This document shows, in pieces, positions 1 to 6,992 of a stretch of 13,406 nucleotides of DNA. Source of the stretch: Candidatus Hodarchaeota archaeon (GTDB lineage Archaea > Asgardarchaeota > Heimdallarchaeia > Hodarchaeales > Hodarchaeaceae). The notes under the pieces were generated by a model. It saw only the letters and a program-made list of their open reading frames with translations. It was not told the origin of the DNA and did not search any database. Location: positions 1 to 13,406 of the forward strand of contig JAHQWW010000105.1 of the NCBI GenBank assembly GCA_029856365.1, given 5' to 3'. Numbering within the stretch: the first letter of the stretch is position 1; every line of letters begins with the position of its first letter. The position numbers and the translations under genes are program-made.

Positions 1-666
1 AGCTTCCGTTGTTATTGCAGCAATCTCTTCGTCAATAAATTGTGCATGAGTTGGAGCATCTTTTTCAGACATAACCCCTCCTGTTGAACAGATCTTAATG
101 ACTCCAGCACCTTGTCTGATTTGTTCTCGAGCTGCACGACGACATTCATCTACCCCATCAGCTATTCTTCCCATGGAATAAGGTCCTATAGCCCACTCCA
201 GTGGCAGCTCATGCGTATCTCCGTGTCCAGCAGTTTGTGTGATAATTTTATGGGCAGCTACAATGTGTGGACCTGGGATAGTGCCTTCTTCGATAGCTTT
301 CTTGAGATGGACGCTTACATCCGAACCAGCACATCTCACACTTGTGAATCCAGCTTCAATGAGTTTTTTGCTATCTGCAGTAGCCCTGGCAGCTCTCAAA
401 GCGGGCATATCCAGTACCCATTGAACAGGTTGCATAGATCGAATACCCATAAGGTGTAAATGAGCATCAATGAGGCCTGGCATTATTGTTTTTCCAGTTG
501 CATCAATTTCTTGTGCAGCTTGAGGAATTTGAGTTTCAATATCGAAATCACCTGACTCTGGAATTATAGCTACAATCTTCGTATCCTCGATCAAAATAAG
601 ATTGTTTTGTTGTGGGGGTACACCTGTACCATCAATAAGTGTTCCGTTTCTAATAGCAATCTTCAT
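1..666 (-). CDS. Metal-dependent amidohydrolase superfamily protein (Xaa-Pro dipeptidase/carboxypeptidase-like subgroup); N-terminal 222 codons, runs off the window start
   Basis: Manual minus-strand translation from the ATG at 666 gives MKIAIRNGTLIDGTGVPPQQNNLILIEDTKIVAI...IDATGKTIMPGLIDAHLHLMG...LIEAGFTSVRCAG...GTIPGPHIVAA...ITQTAGHGD...ADGVDECRRAAREQIRQGAGVIKICSTGGVMS...EEIAAITTEA, with no stop to base 1. It contains the PGLIDAHxH metal motif, GHGD, and IKxxxTGGV (carboxylated-Lys position). A GGTGA site lies just upstream. Confidence 0.93.
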   Translation of the reverse strand, partial: MKIAIRNGTLIDGTGVPPQQNNLILIEDTKIVAIIPESGDFDIETQIPQAAQEIDATGKTIMPGLIDAHLHLMGIRSMQPVQWVLDMPALRAARATADSKKLIEAGFTSVRCAGSDVSVHLKKAIEEGTIPGPHIVAAHKIITQTAGHGDTHELPLEWAIGPYSMGRIADGVDECRRAAREQIRQGAGVIKICSTGGVMSEKDAPTHAQFIDEEIAAITTEA

Positions 667-670
667 TAAA

Positions 671-675
671 TCACC
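671..675 (-). promoter_or_regulatory. Shine-Dalgarno-like GGTGA for the amidohydrolase
   Basis: The minus strand reads tttGGTGAtttaATG. GGTGA is the typical archaeal SD core. Confidence 0.65.
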
Positions 676-1000
676 AAACATTCCAAAGAGTTCTTGGAAG
701 TATTTTTTACAATCCTAAATAAATTTTCCATTAATCTAGATAAATTTAATTTCCTATTCAAAAAAAACCTGTTTTTCACTAGAAACAAAGGCCATATTTT
801 GATTTATAAGATTGAAATAGATATATTTTCCAGATAAAAACCCACAAGTTGGTTTGTCACTCTATTAACTAATAAGAATATCAAAACATATAAAAATTAA
901 TTAAAAGAGACAATTAGTATCTAACTCCTTTGGTAATAGTCTTAAAAATTCACCTATATTGATAAGAAAAACCCTTTAATTTAGTAATGAGGTTGTCTCA
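676..1000. promoter_or_regulatory. AT-rich divergent promoter region between the amidohydrolase (-) and the membrane protein (+)
   Basis: Non-coding and very AT-rich, between head-to-head genes. Several TATA-like words occur (e.g. catataaaaa near 887-896), and GAGGT precedes the TTG at 1001. Exact promoters cannot be assigned. Confidence 0.5.
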
Positions 1001-1984
1001 TTGGCAGAAAAAGTTAAAAAAGGTAGATACACTTTTGATTTGAGTGATGGCTTTGGTTCAGAAGATGTAAAGGCCATCTTCGCTAGTATTTGGCGGTTCA
1101 TTAAGGATATACTAAAAGTTATTTTTTGGCCATATGTCTGGATCTTTCGTGTTTTTGGGCGTTCTATCCGTTTTGTTAGAACCAAAGAAGCAGCAGAAAA
1201 AGCTCTAAATAAAGACGAACGTTGGTTTATGGAAAGCATACCAACCTTCTTTATTTTCGTCGGACTTTTTTCAGGGATTCTATTATCAATCCTAGTATGG
1301 CTTTTTGGGACTGATGTTATAGATGAGATTCTCCGAAGAATTACTGGGCTTGAAGGCTTTTTACAAGCGATTTATGATATTTCAGCTTTAATTATTGAAG
1401 CAATTTTAACAGTAATTGGACTTGGTTATAGACCCGATGGAACCGAACGCAGAAGTGGGATTATTGATATTCTCCGATTCCTAATCGAGCTTTTATGGGG
1501 TGGCTTAGTAGATAATCCTTTAACTCTCTTTATAGGAATTGGTGTTGTTGGAGTTATTATTGCTGTGGTCTTGATAGTATTATCAGAAACAGGAATAGTC
1601 TCAGCTTGTATAAAAATTGTTTCAAAGTCGTTTAATTTCGTTTTTACAGCCCCCACGAGGATTTTTGATACTTTAAATGGGATATATCTAATGTTTAATC
1701 GGGTACTGAGTTCATTAATTATTGGATCTGAACGACTTACAAATAGGACAATAGCATTTCATAGAAAGAATTTGCTCTTATCTTATGCTCTGGGTATCTA
1801 TACATTTTTCAGTGGATTATTTGTGTTAGCGTCCCAACCAGATTTCTTCAGTGACGTTACTAGTGCAGTTATCTTCATTATAATAGTGTTATTAGTAGTT
1901 GGAATCGGTGTGGGTATTATTGAAATGTTTCTCATTGTTCGATTCCTTGATATAATGTCCCGTGGGAAATATAACGTAGATTGA
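1001..1984 (+). CDS. Hypothetical multi-pass membrane protein (327 aa)
   Basis: TTG start after GAGGT. Several long hydrophobic segments (FFIFVGLFSGILLSILVWLF, LFIGIGVVGVIIAVVLIVL, YALGIYTFFSGLFVLA, AVIFIIIVLLVVGIGVGIIEMFLIV) alternate with amphipathic helices. No family recognised. Confidence 0.8.
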   Translation: MAEKVKKGRYTFDLSDGFGSEDVKAIFASIWRFIKDILKVIFWPYVWIFRVFGRSIRFVRTKEAAEKALNKDERWFMESIPTFFIFVGLFSGILLSILVWLFGTDVIDEILRRITGLEGFLQAIYDISALIIEAILTVIGLGYRPDGTERRSGIIDILRFLIELLWGGLVDNPLTLFIGIGVVGVIIAVVLIVLSETGIVSACIKIVSKSFNFVFTAPTRIFDTLNGIYLMFNRVLSSLIIGSERLTNRTIAFHRKNLLLSYALGIYTFFSGLFVLASQPDFFSDVTSAVIFIIIVLLVVGIGVGIIEMFLIVRFLDIMSRGKYNVD

Positions 1985-2024
1985 TTTGAGTTTATGCAGC
2001 TCAAATTCAGCAGTATCGTGGTTA

Positions 2025-2073
2025 ATTTTCCTCATTTTCTTTTTTTTCTTTCTTGAGTTTTATTTTCATCTTT
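2025..2073 (+). terminator. Oligo-T/pyrimidine tract, probable archaeal-type terminator
   Basis: Several consecutive T-runs (ttttcctcattttctttttttt...) start about 40 nt after the stop at 1984. Confidence 0.55.
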
Positions 2074-2093
2074 AGGTTTGGGTATTCACAGAG

Positions 2094-2120
2094 TTCTCAT
2101 AATATTGTAAATTATGAGAA
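2094..2120. promoter_or_regulatory. Perfect 10-bp inverted repeat TTCTCATAAT-N7-ATTATGAGAA, candidate operator
   Basis: Arms at 2094-2103 and 2111-2120 are exact reverse complements. They lie just upstream of a TATA-like tttaataa (2128-2135) and 68 nt before the MFS start. Confidence 0.5.
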
Positions 2121-2188
2121 GATTACATTTAATAAGAAAAAAAAAATAGAAGAAATTTCAATTTGAACAACCCCTTGGGTAGTCTTTC

Positions 2189-4147
2189 ATGATAGATAAG
2201 GAAGAAAATATAGAAAAAACTGTCAATGAGAAAAAAACAAATCGCATATATTTAGTTGCAGGAATACTTTGCGTCCTTTTTTTTGTTGCTTCTGCTTACG
2301 GGGTTCAACGTACCATTCTTTCTACTTTCGCTGAAGAACAACTTGAATTTTCAAAATGGTTTGAAAACTGGGCATGGATATCTATTGCCTTTACTTTAAT
2401 GGGTTTTGGGTTGTTTAAAGCCTTAGCAGGCCTTTTTACAAGTGCATATACTCAGAAAATCGGAACCAAAATTATGATTCTTCTAGGAGTGGGGTGTTTT
2501 GTTATAGGAGGCATTCCTCTTCTACTTTCAGAGGGAGATCCTTTATTTTTAGGCATTGGAAATTCAATTCTTGGTGTTGGTGAAGGACTGCTTTATGCAA
2601 GTGCAATGACCTACCTTTCTGATGTAAGTACTGCCTCCAGACGTGCTCAATGGATGGGTGTCATGGAACTGGCAGTTTATGGAGGGTATTCTTTTGGTGC
2701 AATAGTGGCTGGTTGGATAACTATGCTTACAAACAAGTCTGGTGCAGCCTTCATCTTCTCATCTATTGTCTCTCTCTTCGGTTTAATAATTACAATTACT
2801 GCTGTGAAGTCAAGTGTCAAATCTGATACCCAAGTAGTGTTAGAAAAACTTCGTACCCCAATTGAAGGAGCTAAAACTGTCCCACGGTTTAGAAATCTCA
2901 TAATTAGGCCAACAGTAATTATTACCTGTTTAAACGGCCACATTAGTAAAATGGTGGATAGTATCATTGTATTATTCCTCCCTCTATTACTTAGCAGTAC
3001 ATTATATGGTTATGGTCTTTCAATTGAAGAAACAGGATTAATCACAGGAGTTTTTACATTGTCTTGGGCTATAATAATGCCTCTAGCAGGGAATATTAGT
3101 GATAAGATTGGTCGAAAAGCACCTACATTTCTTGGTCTAATTGTAGAAGGTCTAGCTTTATTCGGTTTACAAGCGGGAATTTCCCCATTCCCAGTTTTAT
3201 TCATCCTTTCAGCATTAGGAGGAGTTGGTGTGGGCCTTTATTATCCTATATTACCATCGATTTCAGTTGATATCTCTCCTGAAGGTCAAAAACCTAAAAT
3301 TATTGGCTTTTATCGTGCTGTGAAGGATTTCGGTTACTTTACTGGTCCTTTAATGGCTGGATTTGTCGCCCAACTTTGGTTTGATTCAAATCCAGAACGA
3401 TTAGACCAGATTTTACATGTACCTCTACATACAGCAGGTTTATTGTTATTGATTGGAGCATTTAGTTCTGTTGTAGTCCGAGAGACACACCCAGGTTGGG
3501 TTCAATTCCAGACATGTTTAAAACATGCTCAACTAGTAGAAGCATCTGTAATTCAGGGAACCAAGGGATTATTAGTATATCTCGAACAAGAAGCAATAGA
3601 AAAATCAAATTTTCAGAAAAGACTGGTAAGATACTCACAACAAGCAAAAGAATTAGAAGTGCAAGCTGATCAACAATTAGAGGAAATTGCAGTACAAACT
3701 TACAAAAGTTTGGTTAAAACACCTGATGCTGGGAATTTCTTACGAATTGCAAGACGCTTAGATCGTGTTGCTGGATTAACCTTAGGAGCATTATTTCGGA
3801 TTCAAACTATTCCTATTGAAGAAGTACCCCCCTTGATTCAAGAGAAACTACATGATGCCGCAATTGCGTTACGTGGGTTGGTTAGAACAACTGTAGACAT
3901 TCTGCAAGTGCTTGATATCAAGTTAGACGCTGTTTCTGGGGTTTATCGTATAGTTCGTGATCGTGAGTCAGATCTTGATTTGTTGTATCAAATAATGAAT
4001 CAACATCTTTTCATTGCTTCTCGTGGAATGCATTATGGGACTTGGTATGCAATTAAAGATGTCATTAACATAATCGAGCAAGCTGCTGACTCTGCTGAAG
4101 ATGCAGCAGAGGTTATTAATTTTCTTGCCATAAAATATAAAACGTAA
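2189..4147 (+). CDS. MFS transporter fused to a C-terminal DUF47/PhoU-like (phosphate transport regulator) domain, 652 aa
   Basis: Residues ~20-432 hold about 12 hydrophobic helices, with MFS motif A GNISDKIGRK in the second half and a degenerate copy SAYTQKIGTK in the first. Residues ~437-652 are soluble and helical with DUF47-type motifs KELEVQAD, RIARRLDRVA, RDRESDLD and IEQAADSAEDAAEVI. Confidence 0.85.
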   Translation: MIDKEENIEKTVNEKKTNRIYLVAGILCVLFFVASAYGVQRTILSTFAEEQLEFSKWFENWAWISIAFTLMGFGLFKALAGLFTSAYTQKIGTKIMILLGVGCFVIGGIPLLLSEGDPLFLGIGNSILGVGEGLLYASAMTYLSDVSTASRRAQWMGVMELAVYGGYSFGAIVAGWITMLTNKSGAAFIFSSIVSLFGLIITITAVKSSVKSDTQVVLEKLRTPIEGAKTVPRFRNLIIRPTVIITCLNGHISKMVDSIIVLFLPLLLSSTLYGYGLSIEETGLITGVFTLSWAIIMPLAGNISDKIGRKAPTFLGLIVEGLALFGLQAGISPFPVLFILSALGGVGVGLYYPILPSISVDISPEGQKPKIIGFYRAVKDFGYFTGPLMAGFVAQLWFDSNPERLDQILHVPLHTAGLLLLIGAFSSVVVRETHPGWVQFQTCLKHAQLVEASVIQGTKGLLVYLEQEAIEKSNFQKRLVRYSQQAKELEVQADQQLEEIAVQTYKSLVKTPDAGNFLRIARRLDRVAGLTLGALFRIQTIPIEEVPPLIQEKLHDAAIALRGLVRTTVDILQVLDIKLDAVSGVYRIVRDRESDLDLLYQIMNQHLFIASRGMHYGTWYAIKDVINIIEQAADSAEDAAEVINFLAIKYKT

Positions 4148-4199
4148 AGGATTATCAAAGAAATTTAGAAAAATTAGGTCCTACTCGGTGTAATCTATA

Positions 4200-6800
4200 G
4201 TGAACACATCGATTGACTTTGTCCTCTTAGATGCCGATTACGAGATTTATGTGCGTGATGGAATTAAGAAACCGCTACTTCGTCTCTGGGGCCGATCTAA
4301 TAGCAAACGAGTTGAAATACGAGTCAGTGGTTTCCTTCCATACTTTTACGCGGAAGCTTCAGAAGAAAAAATAAGGAAAATTCTGAACAAACGAGGAGAA
4401 CAGACAAAAGACTGGTTAATTGAAACTTTTAGATGTAAAAAACGCACATTTTTTGGTGGATCATCACGAATTGTAACCCAATTGATTGGAAACATCCCTT
4501 TTCTTGTTCCTGAAATCAAGCAACTTCTTCAACAAGCTGGAATCGAGGTTCATGAAGCAGATATTCCTTTTACACGTCGATTCTTGATTGATAGGAATGT
4601 ACGGGCTTTACATCCTGTCACAGTGATAGGGACAATAATTAAGCAAGAGAATGATATACTTATCGCAGAAGCTCCATTTAAAAATATCTCACAAAAAACA
4701 GAAGCTTCTAGTGATTATCAACCCCTCCTTCTCGCTTTTGATATTGAAGTTGATCATAAACAAGGTGAAACAATACACGAATTATTACTTGTGAAGAAAA
4801 GAAGAATTACAGCGATCTCAATGGCCTGGGGTACAGTGGAAACTGAAAACCCAGACTCGAAGGTTATTATTCTAGAAAATGATAGCGATATTGCAGAAAA
4901 TGCACTATTGATTAAATTTTTAGAGACTGTTAAACAAACCAAGCCTGATGTTTTACTCTCATTCAATGGAACTTTTTTCGACATCCCTTATTTGATAGCT
5001 CGTCTCTCAAGATATGGAAAGTCATTAGGAGAACTAGCACTTTTCACAGGACTTCAAAAGGATATTATTAAATCAAAAATTCCTGTGGAAAGTTACAAAT
5101 TGAAGGGGCGAGCTGTAATAGATTTATTGCCAAAAACATGGGGAATTCATCCTATTAGTGGGCAAAAAACACTCGACTCGGTGTCAGAAGAAGTACTGGG
5201 TGAGTCTAAAGTCAAACTTGAAAAGAGTATTGGAGAATTATGGAGAGCTGGGGTACTTGGATCTAAAGAAGATGCTCAATTATTCCGAGAGTATTCACTG
5301 AAAGATGCTATTCTTACTTTTAAGTTAGCTTCTGAGTTAGGAGTGTCAAATTCTATTGAATTATGTCGTCTAACTGGGTATCCCATACCTGAAGGGATTC
5401 TTTCGACGAGTCGTAATATTGGTGAGCTCGAATTAATGAGGATTCTTCATTCGAAGGACATATTTATACCGTCGAAACCATCTCCTACAGAATTAAAAGC
5501 TAGGAAAGAATTTAGTCGAAAATACCCCCATCTTGGTGGGTGGGTAATAGACCCTTCTGTTGATGAAGCCACGTTTGTTGGAATATTCGATTTCCGATCA
5601 TTATATCCTAATATTGTACGAACACACAATATCTCTGGGGAAACTTTAATTGCCAATTCAGAAGGATATCCTCCAGAGCAGCGATTTTTAAAAGAGCCTC
5701 GTGGTGCCCTCGCGATTTTAATGGATAGAATTTTAGAACAACGGTATCAAACACAAGAGATATTAACAAAAATAAAGGAAAATAGGGCACAGGATCCGCA
5801 AAAACAGACAGATCTTCTTGAAAAGAGACAAATATCATTAAAATTAATGGCCAACTCTCTTTTAGGTGCATCAAACTATCCCCGAGGAAGATTTTACCAC
5901 CATATAATAGCAAATAGTATTACAGCCATCGCGCGGGAGTTATTAAGTGAAAAACTAGAGAATTGGACTAATGAGTACTCAGAAAGGCATCCATATGATG
6001 TATTATTAAGATATGGTGACACAGATTCCATTTTTGTTGAATTTATATTACCAAATCTCAGTTTGACAGATTTCCAGCAAGAATTGCCATTAAAAGCGAG
6101 AACCCGAAAAGAAAAGCAGCTCTTAGTTGCAATTAACGATTATCGTTCATTCTTAGCCCAGAAATTACCAGAATTTCTTGAATTACAGCTTGAGGATATA
6201 ACATCACGGATTATTTTGAAGAAAGGTCGAAAAAAAGCCTATGCTTATGTGTCTTTATTGACTAATAATATCATTATTAGAGGTTTTGAAGCTGTAAGAT
6301 CAGATTGGTCACCTCTAGCAAGAAAAGCACAACGAGAGCTTCTTGAGGCACTTTTAACTGATTTGTCAGATGAACGAAGAGAACATGCGCGCAGAGTGAT
6401 TTTTAATATTAGTCGAGCTATTCTACGTAATCCAGTTTCTCAACTGGTTAAAGAGTTAACCATTCGGGGTCCGCTGCGACGTTCTCCAGCTAAATATAGG
6501 TCAAAAACTCCAGCTGTTGGTGCTTTTTTACATTATTGTGAACAAAAGAATTTGGATCCAGAGCTAGAATGGAAAAAATGGGATGGTTTCCCTTATATTA
6601 TCGCAAAAGGTTCATCTAATGAGTCTCAATATCTTAGAGCTTATCATCCTGATGTTTTTCAACAAAATAAGAAAGAAATTGACCGATTACATTATGTGAG
6701 AGAAATCCTCGGAGCTAGTAAACGTTTTGGGATAAATATAAATGAAACTGAGGCGCAGCAAGGAGCTCTTATTATCCCATTAACCGTTTTCTTAAAGTAA
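4200..6800 (+). CDS. polB: Family B DNA polymerase, archaeal type (PolB3-like), 866 aa
   Basis: GTG start with GGTG at 4187-4190. Exonuclease motifs: ExoI FDIE, ExoII FNGTFFDIPYL, ExoIII YSLKDA. Polymerase motifs: A DFRSLYPNI, B KLMANSLLG, C YGDTDS, then KKAY and RGFEAVRSDW. Uracil-pocket-like segments: LDADY, LPYFY, VPEI, EADIPF. Confidence 0.95.
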   Translation: MNTSIDFVLLDADYEIYVRDGIKKPLLRLWGRSNSKRVEIRVSGFLPYFYAEASEEKIRKILNKRGEQTKDWLIETFRCKKRTFFGGSSRIVTQLIGNIPFLVPEIKQLLQQAGIEVHEADIPFTRRFLIDRNVRALHPVTVIGTIIKQENDILIAEAPFKNISQKTEASSDYQPLLLAFDIEVDHKQGETIHELLLVKKRRITAISMAWGTVETENPDSKVIILENDSDIAENALLIKFLETVKQTKPDVLLSFNGTFFDIPYLIARLSRYGKSLGELALFTGLQKDIIKSKIPVESYKLKGRAVIDLLPKTWGIHPISGQKTLDSVSEEVLGESKVKLEKSIGELWRAGVLGSKEDAQLFREYSLKDAILTFKLASELGVSNSIELCRLTGYPIPEGILSTSRNIGELELMRILHSKDIFIPSKPSPTELKARKEFSRKYPHLGGWVIDPSVDEATFVGIFDFRSLYPNIVRTHNISGETLIANSEGYPPEQRFLKEPRGALAILMDRILEQRYQTQEILTKIKENRAQDPQKQTDLLEKRQISLKLMANSLLGASNYPRGRFYHHIIANSITAIARELLSEKLENWTNEYSERHPYDVLLRYGDTDSIFVEFILPNLSLTDFQQELPLKARTRKEKQLLVAINDYRSFLAQKLPEFLELQLEDITSRIILKKGRKKAYAYVSLLTNNIIIRGFEAVRSDWSPLARKAQRELLEALLTDLSDERREHARRVIFNISRAILRNPVSQLVKELTIRGPLRRSPAKYRSKTPAVGAFLHYCEQKNLDPELEWKKWDGFPYIIAKGSSNESQYLRAYHPDVFQQNKKEIDRLHYVREILGASKRFGININETEAQQGALIIPLTVFLK

Positions 6801-6897
6801 AGAGTCAGTTCTCCCTCGGGAAAGCTCCTAATTGTCTTTTAGAGTACTAAAGCCCTTGTCAGCAGAATTTGAAAGGACCTGTTCATATTACTATTTT

Positions 6898-6945
6898 TTA
6901 GAACATGTCTACATTTTCTGTTCTAATGCTTGGTATCTTATTATA
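6898..6945 (+). promoter_or_regulatory. 8-bp inverted repeat TTAGAACA-N13-TGTTCTAA followed by TATA-like TTATTATA, candidate promoter/operator of the thioester protein gene
   Basis: Arms at 6898-6905 and 6919-6926. TATA-like word at 6938-6945, about 50-60 nt upstream of the start codons at 6993/7008. Confidence 0.35.
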
Positions 6946-6992
6946 GGAGATTATAGAGTTCCATTAACAAATAATTCGCTAATAAGGTCAAA

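Noticed and set aside
112-459. Plus-strand ORFs 112..459 and 239..424
   Set aside because: They are antisense shadows of the motif-rich amidohydrolase on the minus strand.
681-699. NrpR operator
   Set aside because: NrpR sites are GGAA-N6-TTCC. Here both the orientation and the spacing differ.
2025-2156. Long RNA structure or riboswitch pairing the T-tract with the A-tract around the central hairpin
   Set aside because: The pairing relies on low-complexity homopolymers and is not symmetric around the hairpin. No known aptamer motif is present.
4200-6800. PolB as marker of a casposon, pipolin or provirus
   Set aside because: It looks like a cellular RNA-primed PolB with a uracil-pocket N-terminus. 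No Cas1, integrase, capsid gene, terminal repeats or obvious compositional break was seen.
4200-6800. Inactivated PolB2-type polymerase or intein-containing PolB
   Set aside because: DIE, FD, YxxxD, DFxSLYP and YGDTDS are intact, and motif spacing leaves no room for an intein.
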